DNA of 64,000 nt from contig OX597821.1 of NCBI GenBank assembly GCA_951406725.2, positions 76,942,001 to 77,006,000 of the forward strand, in the 5' to 3' direction. The DNA is from Octopus vulgaris (lineage: Eukaryota). The notes under the pieces are model-generated. The model was given only the letters and a program-made list of their open reading frames with translations, made no database searches and was not told where the DNA came from. Positions 1 through 13,185 of the stretch are shown one piece after another; within the stretch, counting starts at the first letter, position 1; every line of letters starts with the position of its first letter. The translations under genes were made by a program, and so were the position numbers.

Positions 1-276
1 CTCTCTCTCTCTCTCTCTCTCTCTTCTCCTCCTCCTTTTCTCTTTTCTTGCCTCTGATTCTTTGGTCTCCTCTTCCCCACTCTCTCACATTTCTCTATCT
101 TTCTCACTTTGCACCTCACTGATTCTGTCGCCAAGCCAATACTTGGCACGCTTTCTTTCTTCTCCCCTCTTTAATTTCTTCTTTCTCTCTCTTCTCCCCC
201 CTTTTGTGCCTTTGTCTCTCTTTTTCTCTCTCTCTTTGATTCCTTTGCCCCCTCTTTTTCTCTCTCTTCTCCTCTC
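1..276. repeat. CT-rich low-complexity tract
   Basis: (CT)n and pyrimidine runs; the overlapping ORF calls are low-complexity. Confidence 0.9.
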
Positions 277-399
277 ACGTGACCGCTGGTCAACTAGCCT
301 CTCGGCTTCTGACCACCGCCACGAGAACATCGTTTTCTTCGTCTGCCGAAAAAGCATTTTTTTCCAAATGCGCCAGCTAAGCTAAGTTGTACTGTCTAA

Positions 400-705
400 A
401 GTCGTAAGACACCCGCTGTTTTTGTCCTGTTATTACTATTATTGTTTTTTGTATTTATATTCGTGTGGCATCGTCCGTTTTTCTGTTTGTTTCGTATACA
501 TTCGATCCTTTTTCCAAGAAATCTATTGCTCGTAGCTTAGTTTTTCCTTGTGGCTGGCCGGATCGGAGCGATCTCAAGATTAATCAGCCGAAATTGCGAG
601 GATGATCCGGTTCTTGACTGAAGATTGAAGGCTTCGAATGTCCCGTCCGTGATTTTTATATCGTCTTCTAAATGTTTTACGTTCTTGTCCCAGTTTGTAC
701 TTTTC

Positions 706-712
<7 letters not shown>
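400..712 (+). mobile_element. Non-autonomous element family F1 (probable Penelope pLTR-type), copy 1
   Basis: Collinear similarity to 31915-32248 (AAGACAC..TGTCCTGTTAT..TATACATTCG..TTCCAAG..TAGCTTAG..GCCGAAATTGCGA..GTTCTTGTCCCA). Ends in (TA)n. The 5' boundary is uncertain and may extend to ~280. Confidence 0.75.
552..638 (+). ncRNA. Permuted, pseudoknotted hammerhead-like ribozyme with kink-turn (F1 copy 1)
   Basis: GGCTG/CAGCC precedes GAAA(590). GCGAU/AUUGC forms stem III, with AUC site at 571-573. TCAAGA/TCTTGA forms stem I. CTGAAGA lies at 618-624. K-turn GA(566)/GAG-GA(598-602) is closed by CCGGATC/GATCCGG. Confidence 0.7.
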
Positions 713-791
<79 letters not shown>

Positions 792-866
792 ATATATATA
801 TGTATATATATATATGTATATATATATGTATATATATATATATATTATATATATATATATATATAT
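712..866. repeat. (TA)n/(TG)n microsatellite
   Basis: Seen directly. Confidence 0.97.
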
Positions 867-1353
867 GCTTCTTTCCCTGGAGACTGTCAGAATGGTGTAG
901 AAGCCCCTGATAAGAACCGGAATAATTAAATTCCACAGAACTTTTCACAAGGCTTCTGTAACCGAAAGAAGAGACCTGAGACTTTTCAGATTTTTTGCAA
1001 TGGAACCAACTCTGCTGAGGACAGGGGAAGCAGATGGCAATGCTGAACTCTGCTACGGATTTTTTGACCGAATCATTGCCCATTAGTGAAAACATCCGAT
1101 GCGTGGCGGCAGTTATGATGGAGAAAGTAAGCTTTCAATAAAACGACATTAAGGAACAGCTCAGTTTCAAGAATGACTTATATATTCAATGCAATGTCTT
1201 TGATGTACGATTATTAAAGACTATGAGTTATGGTATTCTCTTAACATTCTTATACGACTGTATAAAGCTGTATAAAATGGTAAAACTGCTTGGTATTTCT
1301 GATAATCTATCAATATCTTGGTTGGAAGAAAGTCCTATTATTTGGAAGCATTA

Positions 1354-1555
1354 GGGCAGAAAGCTGGCCGAATCGTTAGGACGTCAGGCAAAAATGCCTA
1401 GCGCCATTTTGTCCACCTTTATGACCCGAATTTGAATGCGGCTGAAATCGATTTTGCCTTTCTTCCTTTCGGGATAGATAAATAAAAAAATAAAATCACT
1501 GGGGTCGATATAGTCGACCAAATCCCTTCTGAAATTGGTCACCTTGCGCCAAAAT
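1354..1555 (+). mobile_element. tRNA-derived SINE family A (Meta-like central domain), diverged
   Basis: Matches the consensus GGCGAGCTGGCAGAA.CGTTAGC..GTCGACTTTGCCTTTCATCCTTTCGGGGTCGATAAA..CACTGGGGTCGAT seen many times in this window. Confidence 0.8.
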
Positions 1556-1669
1556 TGTGCTTTATTTCATTTAAGTTTACAAAAGAAATCGCAGACTTTT
1601 GCATTCATTCTGTGACGCCAAACCTGAGAAACAGTTATTTACTTCAAGATTATTTATCGTTTTTTTTCG

Positions 1670-1880
1670 TCTTTTTACTTGCCTCAATTATTAGAATGCG
1701 GCCATGTTGGAGCATCGCCTGGAACAATTTTAGTCAAACAAATTGACGACACCAGTGTTTATTGTTTTTTAAAGCTTGGTACCTACTCTATCGCGTTCTT
1801 TTGCCAAACCACTAGGTTACAGGGACGTGAACACATCAACACCGGTTGTCAAGCAGTGGCAGGGGACAAGAACAGACACA
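1670..1880 (-). mobile_element. SINE family B, 3' part
   Basis: Similar to 33755-33950 and 54030-54180. Confidence 0.7.
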
Positions 1881-1956
1881 CACACACACACACACGTGTG
1901 TATGTATGTATGTATGTATGTATGTATGTATGTATGTATGTATGTATGTATGTATG

Positions 1957-1998
<42 letters not shown>

Positions 1999-2109
1999 TA
2001 AATAAATGGTACAACGAAGCACCGATATTTACTGGAAAATAGCGAACGTAATAAATACGACGCTATCCTTTACTGGAAAGCAATACTCTCGTATTGCATT
2101 ACTATTTTC

Positions 2110-2154
<45 letters not shown>

Positions 2155-2165
2155 TAAGCAATTAA

Positions 2166-2249
<84 letters not shown>

Positions 2250-2294
2250 GTGTGTATGTACGTATGCAGATCGATCGATAGATAGATAGATATA

Positions 2295-3567
2295 ATGGAT
2301 TAGCAACTAAGTTCCCGCTGTTTTTTTTTTAAATTGAATTTTTTTAAAAGGTTTAATAAAAAATACCAACTAATTAATCAATAATGTATTCACCCTTCTT
2401 GTTTACAATTTCTTCCCAACGTTCAACAAGATTTTCAATACCTCCTTGGTAGAAATCACCTGATTTCGACTAGAAAAAATGATCTAACCAAGCTCTCAAT
2501 TCTGCATCAGTATTGAACGAAACTCCGCGCATAACATTTGAAAGAGACCGAATGAGGTGGAAATCCGTTAGAGCCAAATCAGGAGAGTACGGCGGGTGTG
2601 GTAGCACTTCCAAGTCATGCGTTTGAATGGCTTCTTTGGTCATATTGGCGATATGAGGGCGGGATTTGTCGTGCAGCAGAAGGACTCCATGCTACCGATT
2701 AGGTCTTTTCTGTTGAATAGCCGTGTTGAGTAGTTCCATCTGTTGAACATAGAGTTCCGCGTTGACCATTTAGTTCCGTTCAAGCAAGTCGTAATGGATA
2801 ACCCCTTCCCACTCCCACCATACGCACAACATCGTTTTATGCAGAAGAAGATCTTGTTTACCGGGGCTAAGCCATTCCTTACGCTGCTTCATATTAATGT
2901 ACAGGCACCATTTTTTTGGTTACCAGTAACGATTCGGTAAAGAAATCGTTGCATGTGTCCATGAGTTGAGCAGTGACGAGCAAGCAAACCAGCGGAGATT
3001 GTGGCTTGTTGATTCTTGTTGTTGTCACTTAAAGCATGCGGAACCCATGCGGAACCCAGGCTCCATACTTTTGAACCTTTCCCATCGAGTGAAGATGCTT
3101 CTCTATAGCAGTGTGGGAGCATTCCATTTTCGCTGCCAGTTCCCTTGTCGTTCGACGAGAATTATCGTGCAAAGTTTGGTTTAATCGCTCTTCATCGAAC
3201 TCAACTGGACGGCTAGAACGAGGTGCGTCTTTGAGGTCAAAATTTCCATTTTTGAACTTGGCATACCAATCAAAAGCGGTTTTTTCAGCTATGACACCCT
3301 CTCCAAACACAGCACAAATGTCACGAGCAGCTTTTGCGGCCTTAGGACCTTGATTAAAAGCAAAAAGAAGGAGATGTCAAAAATGCTCGTTTTTCTTAAC
3401 TTGACATTCCATTTTAATGATCTGAAAATAAACAAAAATTAACTAAAATTAACTAGAAAAACAAACAAACTAACAAACAAAATAGATTCCAAAATGATTC
3501 AAAAATAGAATTCTCGAAAAAAATAGATTTCAAAATTTAAAAAAGCGGTTGGAACTTAGTTGCCAAA

Positions 3568-3572
<5 letters not shown>
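2295..3572 (-). mobile_element. Mariner (DD34D) DNA transposon, full length, decayed
   Basis: Imperfect TIRs GGATTAGCAACTAAGTTCC (2297) and GGAACTTAGTTGCCAAACC (3551-3569) in a TA context; transposase remnant inside. Confidence 0.93.
2374..3412 (-). pseudogene. Mariner transposase pseudogene
   Basis: Reads MECQVKKNEHF*HLLLFAF..WYAKFKNGNFDLKDAPRSSRP..WVPH..RIVTGNQK..HDKSRPH..HPPYSPDLALTDFHL. Has an in-frame stop, an 11-bp tandem duplication at ~3037-3058 and frameshifts. Confidence 0.92.
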
Positions 3573-3664
<92 letters not shown>

Positions 3665-3665
<1 letters not shown>

Positions 3666-3830
3666 GGATTCTCTCAGTTTCCGACAACCAATCCACTCAC
3701 AAAACAACAAAGCAGTAGCCGGCCCAAAATCATAGTAGAAGACATTTGCCGAAGGTCCCACTGCGTGGGACCGAACCCAGAACCGCGTGGTTGGAAAACA
3801 AGCATCTTACCACACAACCCACGCCTGCGT
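3665..3830 (-). mobile_element. SINE family B head (tRNA-like plus CORE-like)
   Basis: Reverse complement of GGCGTGGGTTGTGTGGTAAG..GGTTCGGTCCC..CCTTCGGCAAATG. Confidence 0.8.
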
Positions 3831-3835
3831 CAAGT

Positions 3836-3875
<40 letters not shown>

Positions 3876-4483
3876 TTTTAGAGACAGCTTTGAAAAAGAT
3901 GAAAAAGTAAATACTTTCATGAAATGTCAAAGACTTAGAAAAGTCAGCGATTTCAAAAACTGGAATGTCACACAACTTAATCACAAAGTTGGTAATTCCT
4001 TCTCACAATATGTCTTCGCTTTTGTTTTCGGTTTTCAAAAATCTTTTAAATGCAATTGAGAAAATTCTTTACGTTTAACTCTTTTAAGAAATTAAACTCA
4101 AGTAACATTAATTTTGGTTGATATTAGTTTCAAATTTTGGCACAAAGCTAGCAATTTCGGTTGGGGTTAAATCAATTACACCTACAACAGCGTTCAACTG
4201 CTACGTATAGTATCGACCCCGAAATGATGAATAGCAAAGTCGACTTCGGAGCAATTCCGCCATAAATACAAAGAAATGATTGTAATAAACTATGAATTGT
4301 CGACGCTTGGGTCTAGAAAGTGCTAAATTCAATCGATCACGCCTCTCGTAGCTCTTATACAAAAAAATATTAAAGTCTAATATTTTGGTCGAGTCAGTCT
4401 ATTGTTATTAAATTTTGCTTGCGGGGACACATTTTTTATACAAGTTATAGGAAGTCATGGTCAATATATATATATATATGCAT

Positions 4484-4790
4484 CGGGCCGACCAAAGCCT
4501 TGTGAGTGAATTTGGTTGACGGAAACTGAAAGAAGCCCGTCGTATATATGTATATATTTATATAAATATGTATGTGTGTGTATATGTTTGTGTGTCTCTG
4601 TATGTCCACCCCACCATCGCTTGACAACCGACGCTGGTGTGTTTACGTCTCCGTAACTTAGCGGTTCGGCAGAAGAGACCGATAGAATAAATACTAGGCT
4701 TACAAAGTCCTGGGGTCGATTTGCTCGACTAAAGGCGGTGCTCCGGCATGGCCGCAGTCAAATGACTGAAACAAGTAAAAGAGTAAAAGT
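4484..4790 (+). mobile_element. SINE family B, 5'-truncated (body, internal microsatellite and 3' part)
   Basis: GGGCCGACCAAAGCCTTGTGAGTG..GAAACTGAAAGAAGCCCGTCG-(TA/TG)n-CATCGCTTGACAACCG..ACTGAAACAAGTAAAAGAG. Confidence 0.88.
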
Positions 4791-4855
4791 GTATACATGC
4801 AACACACAAACGCACGCACACACATATTTATTTATGTATGTGTTTATATAAATAT

Positions 4856-5000
4856 AGGCTCAGACATGGCTGTGTGATAAGAAGTTTGCTTTCCAGTCAC
4901 ATAGATCCAGGTTCAGTGTCTTCCGATATAGTCTTGGGCCGACCAAAGCCTTGTGAGTGGATTTGGTAGAGGGAAAATGAAAGAAGCCCGTCGTATATAT
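4856..5000 (+). mobile_element. SINE family B head, internally deleted
   Basis: Similar to 47588-47750. Confidence 0.75.
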
Positions 5001-5615
5001 ATATGAAAAGTCTTAAGCATCGAAAAAGCAAAACATGGTACAAGACTTCTGTTTGAGGTAGAATATAAAAATTAAAAAGAATTAAAAACGAAAAAAAAAT
5101 CCGGTGGCCGATTCATTCGATTAAAAATTCCTGAAGGCCATGCCCCAACATGGTCGCGGTCTAATAGCTGAAACAAGTAAAAAATAAAAGATAAAAAAAC
5201 ATACACACAAACATGCGCGCACATACAAACACACATATGCAGTGTTCATAATTCTGTGTTCATTGTTTTGTTTTTGGTGATTAAACAATTTGAGACAAAA
5301 TCCTTTCGATGTTGTAGTATAAAACTTCCTGTTAGCGAGGTTTAGCCAGTCGGAAAGAACTTCCGGTGTTGACATGTGAAGAATGTAGCTGTGCCGTTAC
5401 GAAGCGATTTCTTCCAATACCCAGCGCCATTTTATCAGTATTTGCTGCTGACATATAAGACACATTGTGGGTCAAAGGTCAAGTAGTAGTTATTCAAGTA
5501 TCGCTTATATTGCATTAGAATTGGTTTAAAGATATCTAATGGTCCTTGATTCCTGCAAATATCTAATAATATAGAGAACACCTTGATTTTGTTTACTAGG
5601 CAGAGTGATGCATTT

Positions 5616-6005
5616 GGCAGCAAGCTGGCAGAGTCGTTAGCACATCGGAAAATAAAATGCTTCTGGCTTTACGTTCTGCGTTCAAATCCCGCCAGGGACG
5701 ACTCTGTTTTTCCTCCTTCTGGGGTCGATAAAATAAGTACCAGTTGAGCACTGGGGTCGACGTAATCGACAAGCACTTAATCATCAAATTTTAGGTTTTG
5801 TGCTTATCGTAGAAAGGATTTTGTTTATCAGGTATGGAAACGTAAAAAGTGGCAGCTGACAGAAAATTTAACCCGTCGGACGAAATGCTTAGCGCCATTT
5901 CTTCCGGCTTTATACGTTCTGAGCTTAAATCCCCCCGAGGTTGATAAAACAAAGTACCAGTCAAGTACTGAAGTCGATGTAATCGATTTGTCCCCTATCC
6001 TCGAG
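5616..6005 (+). mobile_element. Two tandem SINE family A copies
   Basis: Heads at ~5616 and ~5850, both matching family A. Confidence 0.8.
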
Positions 6006-6489
6006 CCGGTGCCCCTTTCAAAGGGAATGTTGTGATCTCTAGTTGTTTATACACCAGGGAAACCTTCCCAAGATACGACAAAATTTGTTTCAACACACGA
6101 ATTCACATCGAGGATCTTGCCGAACAGATACAAAAACGAAGAAAAATAGTATACTTAATTTTTAAATAGGTGCATGTTGGACCCTAGAGGTTCTGGCAGT
6201 ATAAAACATTTGACCTGTTTTCAATTCACAGGTGTCGCTATTTCATTGCACTTCTCCAAGTTGTCTCTTGGAGAATGAAATGACCATCACAACTTCTCCT
6301 GACTGTACCTCTTAAAAAATTTCTTGCAGCCAAAGTGATAAAAGTGTTTTAAAAAATGTTGTTTTATGAGGTTGTATACAACTTTAGAATGGTGAGCGGA
6401 TATCGGGACGGTATCATGACGGAAACAATGCAAACATTTACTTCAAAATCCGAAAGCTGTCAAAAAGATCAATCCATATTTTGCTTGAA

Positions 6490-6548
<59 letters not shown>

Positions 6549-6603
6549 CAATAACAATAACAATAACAACAATAATAATAATAATGATAATGATAATAAT
6601 AAC

Positions 6604-6641
<38 letters not shown>

Positions 6642-6716
6642 TAATAATAATAATAATAATGACAATGACAATAATAATGATGATGATGATGATGACAGTA
6701 ATAATAATAATAATAA

Positions 6717-6750
<34 letters not shown>

Positions 6751-7105
6751 GGTTGTTGTTGTGGTGGTGATGGTGATGACGACGATGATGATAATATTAT
6801 TAATATAATTATAAAAGAATCAGGAACAATAACAGAAAAATAAGCATAAAAGCAACAAAAAAACAACAACACTAGCAGCAAAATCAATATCAACAACAAC
6901 AACAATAATGTTGGTAGCAAAGAAAAACAAACAAACAACACACAACTAGGCAAACAAAACAAACAAAAAATAAAACAACAATTAATACAAGAATTGATAG
7001 AAAAGTGGAAAGAGAGAAACAATAAGAGCAGCTCCACTGACAACAACAGTAATAGCAATGACAACCATAACAATAACAACAACGTCAACAACAAGAAGAA
7101 GAACC
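6490..7105. repeat. Compound (AAT/GAT/GGT/AAC)n microsatellite
   Basis: Seen directly. Confidence 0.95.
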
Positions 7106-7199
7106 GGTAGAGCACCAGAGTTTGTCAATAATAAAACAAAGATATTTACAAGGTCAGTTTTGTTGATTATTTGGTATTTTTCAAAGAGAAAAAAAAAGA

Positions 7200-7812
<613 letters not shown>

Positions 7813-8404
7813 TTAATAAATAAATAAATAAAATGAAATATTGTTTTCAATAATGAGTTTGACATAGTTAATTGTTTTATTTGCTATTCATTTTATTTTG
7901 TTTTGTTATCTTTTAATTTGTTTCATTTTATTTTATAATTGAATGGTAGAATCGTTAAAGTGCTATTCATCCTGGCCGTTTCATTTTACGTTCAAATCTC
8001 ACCGATTTATGAACATTTGTGCGTTTAAACAGTGGAAAGTGTCCAGTCAGCACAAAGTGAAATTCACTTATTTTCTTAAAAGTTGCATCGTCTTAAATCG
8101 CATCACTAAATGTCGTTGTGTTCTAACTGCTCAAGCGATTGAAGTCGGTGAGCTGCATAACTGTATATAAGGAAAAATATTCGCAAACGAATTCAAAATG
8201 TAAATATGATTGGTTACAACTAATCCTTCAAAACATAACAATCTGACAGTACATTCATATATTCAGTGCTGTGTGCAGAATGTGTGATATATTTGTTTAC
8301 GTACGAAAACATGTGATGTTGCCATGTCTTTAGTACAGTGGCACTTGTTGAAAATTTAGTATCGATGAATATATTAATATATATATTCTTCTATTTGCTC
8401 AGGT

Positions 8405-8512
8405 TTCAAAGTGTGGCAAAACACCCATCGGAAGTAAAATACGTGAAGTGCTCGCACGAAGTTCCGATCATGGAGAAAACAGTATAAAAGATTGTAATAG
8501 AATGTTATACAT

Positions 8513-8547
<35 letters not shown>

Positions 8548-10806
8548 GGAAGAAAAGAGAGATGAGAAGAGGGAGAGAACGAGAAAGTGTTTTTCAGAAT
8601 AGTAGGCTTTTTTTCAGAATATCCAACTAGAGTATCTAAAATAATGTCTCATAAGAAAAGTGCTTGTGTCACTCAAAGAAACAAAAACAAATCTGGACGA
8701 AGAATCTCGTGCAATTTCAAGACTCACATAGGAAAAGAAGACCTGTTCCTCTAGAAGAGCATTCTTTGGGAAACAACTGCAGGATACCAATGAAACTTCA
8801 AATTGTCGGTCGCTACCATCAGAGGAAGGAAAGAAAGAAGAAAGGAAATTTTTATGGCAAAAGAAATTAAATTTCCCATATTTATCAATTCAAAATGTAC
8901 ATGCAAAATTAGAAAAAAGTGCTGAATATCTATGATGAATGAATGCTAAAACGAGGAAAATACTATTCATTGAAAGGAATTCTTGACATTACAAAGGAAA
9001 ACAGGGAAAGTCTGTGTAGTGAGGATTGAAGGTTATATTATCGTTAAATTGAAAGTAAGGGACAGGTTGGGTATGTAGCTGGAAAGGCAGCCAATTCCAA
9101 AACTATCCATCCATCCAAAAGAAGAAAAGTGTCCTTAATGCCAACTGTAACCAGAGCAACCCCAGTGTCATCGTCAGCGTCTGAAGAAGAGACTGAAAGT
9201 GAATATCAAGAGTCCGAAAAATCAGATGAAGAATCCACAAAAATAAAGAGGAAGTATAGCAAAACTGGAACTGCAACCAAGTTAGTAATATCTTCCAAGC
9301 TATCAACTCCAAAAAGCAGCAACAGTTTGTCGACAATTATCTCAAGATGGAATCAATATCGAGACTCCTTCCCAATCTGGTATTTACAGATTGACTCTCA
9401 AAGAAGCTGTTAAGCTATAAAATAAGATCAAGAAAATACTACATTTAGAAAACTGGTCATTGCATTTTGATGTAAACATATTATTGCCCAAGAATACCAA
9501 GTGATAGTTTTAAAGAATGAACAGGGAGAAGTTGAGTTAAAAGCACTCCAATTACCAAAAGGAAAAGCAGGTACTGTTGTGAAAGGAATAACAGCCGTTT
9601 TAGATGAATACTATGTAAAGATGATTGCTGCTGATACAACGAGTGTGAATACTGGGGAAAGAAATGGTATTCTCCTTTAGTTGCAAAGACTGTTTGCTCA
9701 AAAGGGTTTGAAAGAGCTGCAATTTATTAGTTGTCACTATCATATCCTTGATAGAGTTCTTCGTGTTGTAATGGATAATGAACTTGGAGAAAAAGTCATT
9801 TCCTAATATTAAATACACATTCATCCCAGAGCTTCTAAGTAATTACGAGAAACTCCTGGCTAATTTCAACAACGGTACAGAAAATATTAGTGAATCAGCA
9901 GGATGGCGAGATGACATGAAATTTCTATTTCATTTGACCAGAGTTTTTCTTTGAAGAAACCGACAAATTCCCTACTATAAGGTTTCAAAAAATATCCAAC
10001 TTAAGTAATGCAAGATGACATTCTCGAGCAATACTAGCGCTTTAGGCATTTATTCTTCTGCCAGAGAAAATAGTTTTGCTTCTCAATTTTTGTCGATTCA
10101 TCTCTATGAAGATTTTTGGTTTAGTGACCAAATGTTCAATGCACATGGTTATCAGAATTCATGTGGTAGCCTGCAAGTTCATAAAAAAAGCATTGGACTC
10201 TGTAAAAAAACTTTTGGAGTCGAGAACTATCAAAACTGGAAATTCCCAGAACAAATCAGAGTGCAGAATGGGCAATCAAGTGTCTTCATGATATTTATGA
10301 TGTTTGTAAAAAGGAGAAACTTTAGCTTCGATTTATTTTATCTAACAAAGCATATTAATTCTTTGTTATATTTAAAGATTTGCTAACGTTCAGCACCCTT
10401 TTTCTTATACAGTTATTTAAAATTGGGATTAAACCTATAAAGTTAAAGATATGTGCTGTTTTTAATTTTATGTGTTATCGAATGTTTGTAGGGGCCTCTA
10501 TCTTAAAATAGCCTAGTTTTGAATCTTTGAATAGACAAATTTTAATTCAGTAATCTTAAAAATGTATGTTTTATTCCACATTCTCTCTTGTGTTTACAAG
10601 GATTTAGGGCAGCGGAAATACTGGTGTGAATCTAGTGCCACCTCGTGATTATAGTTTTAAACGCCTATAACTCCGAAACTATTTCAACTAGAAAGCTGAA
10701 ATTTCAGATATACTATTTCTGAATTGCATTGAATTAGCACACTAAGTTTGGTAAAAACTTGAGCAGTAGGCGTTATGAACCCCACTAGAATTTTGCATGA
10801 TTTGGG
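8405..10806 (+). mobile_element. Decayed hAT-superfamily (hATm-like) DNA transposon
   Basis: Frameshifted transposase ~8644-10350 with WSLHFD, ADTTSVNTGERNG, CHYHILDRVL, WRDDMKFL, SNAR(W>*) and PRTNQSAEWAIK motifs. Possible degenerate TIRs CAAAGTGTGGCAAAA / TTTTGCATGATTTG. Family assignment is from motif recall. Confidence 0.7.
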
Positions 10807-10964
10807 TCAAAGGTGATGATCGATTTCTTAAGTTAAGGGTGATGTTTTTTTCAAATAAAGCAAATAAAATGTTAATTTCCTGACTTTTATAAAATTATTC
10901 ATGGAATTACTGTAGAGGGTTATTAGGGTGTGAAAAAGACATAGCCCTAATACACACACGCACG

Positions 10965-10996
<32 letters not shown>

Positions 10997-11104
10997 CATA
11001 TGCATATTATGATATTATGCATACAATATACACCTCTCTCTCTTCCTTCACCTCTCTCTCTCTTTCTCTCTTTCACTCTCTCTCTCTCTCTCTCTCTCCT
11101 CTCT

Positions 11105-11820
11105 CTGTATGTATAGCTTTCGCTGCTTCCACAGTGTGCAAGGTCATTGGTGTATACAGAGACAAGCTACCAAGCTGTCATATTTGAAAAGTGTTTTTGT
11201 CATCACAAAAAAGCTTTTATTCGTTACACCGTTTGCCTTGCTTTGACATCTATCAACTCTTTGCACACCGTCCAAAAATACTGTTTAGCAGGAACAAGTC
11301 TACCCGTTAATAGTCACAACCATCACAGCACTGAACATCATAAAGTTGTGTAACCGTAATTGAGCGCAGTAGTCTAAGCGACTGAGGACAAATGTCCCCC
11401 AGAGGACAATCCTGGTTCCCTGTTCTCTCGTTCTAAAAGTTCTAAGGATTCATCCGGCTAACCGTCTACATTGCACACAGACACACACACACACACTCAC
11501 CTAATTCTATCAAGTGAATTTTATACCATTTCCTTTCCTCTTTCCACCCCTTTGTAACCTGTCTTCTTCTGTTTTCTTTTCTACTTGTATATTTCCATTA
11601 TCTTCTCCCCACTTGTCTATACAATAGCCATTCCTTCAGTGTTCTGCTTGTTATAACAAGAAATGGCTCTGACGAAAGTAGCATTAATTTTCTTAGGTCG
11701 TTTAATTTTCCTCATTTGATAAATACAATTGTGTAAACCTATCAGTAATGTACCTATAACGACTACTGGAAACAGCTGTAAGCCAAATTTGCTCTAATAA
11801 AAAAAGAATATGTAATGACC
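11105..11820 (+). mobile_element. Decayed Penelope-like 3' end (GIY-YIG remnant plus pLTR)
   Basis: VYTETSYQ..FCHHKKA resembles the YxGET..H motif; it is followed by a hammerhead motif at 11664-11785. Confidence 0.5.
11664..11785 (+). ncRNA. Type I hammerhead ribozyme with ~80-nt loop 2
   Basis: TGGCT-CTGACGA-a-AGTAG..CTACT-g-GAAA-CAGCTG-TA-AGCCA. Confidence 0.75.
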
Positions 11821-12073
11821 ATTATTTTTAACTTGTTTCTTATATCAATCATTCCGTGTAAAAACCAGCTTTTCTGGAGCTCATCCACGGATTTACAATA
11901 CAGAATTGTGATGAACCAAAATCTTGCACCCTGCCGCAAGATTACCTGGAATTCTTCAACAATCTAAGTAATGTTAGCCTGGTGTACCAACAGAGAGCTT
12001 ATGAAGGGTTTTTCCCGGATTGATAATACTTCTCTCTGTGTTCTATGTATATATTGATCTCTCTCTCTCTTTA

Positions 12074-12560
<487 letters not shown>

Positions 12561-12659
12561 ATAAAATTTGTTAAAACTAACTTCTACTCATGTAAATTGT
12601 TTACTATTGTTTGGATAGTTCCTATTAAATAAGTCCAAAGGCCAGGTTAAATATATATG

Positions 12660-12747
12660 CATGCATAGGCACCGTGAATTCCCATTCTACAAACTGGCAG
12701 ACAATTCCGTGAATACTTTACCGGGCAACGCTGGGTAGTAAATCTAG
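12660..12747 (+). mobile_element. Helitron 3' end
   Basis: GC-rich hairpin CCGGGCAACGCTGGG, then CTAG|T about 8 nt later. Confidence 0.65.
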
Positions 12748-13139
12748 TGTAATATCAAAGTTTGGCAGAGGGCCACCGAGGTGTAGGGTGAGTGGTGGAT
12801 GAAGAGGAATAGATCGCAAAAGGGGGGAATGACCTAGTGTGTATATATATATATGACGGGTTTCCATATTGTCTCACAACTCATTGGCTCTTGGTGAGAA
12901 CACTTGCTCAACGTGGAGTGCAGTGGAATTGAACCTACATGCATATACATGCTCGTATACATACATATTGCATTCATGCATATAACCCCACATGTATACA
13001 TCTAATAGTAGTTACACATGCCTCCACGTACGCGTACAGACTCACACATACAGTAACATGTATATAAGCATACATACTTCGCTTCTTCTTTCCACGTCGG
13101 TCTGTTCGTCTGTGTGTGAGAGAGTTTGTTGTGTGTATA

Positions 13140-13185
<46 letters not shown>

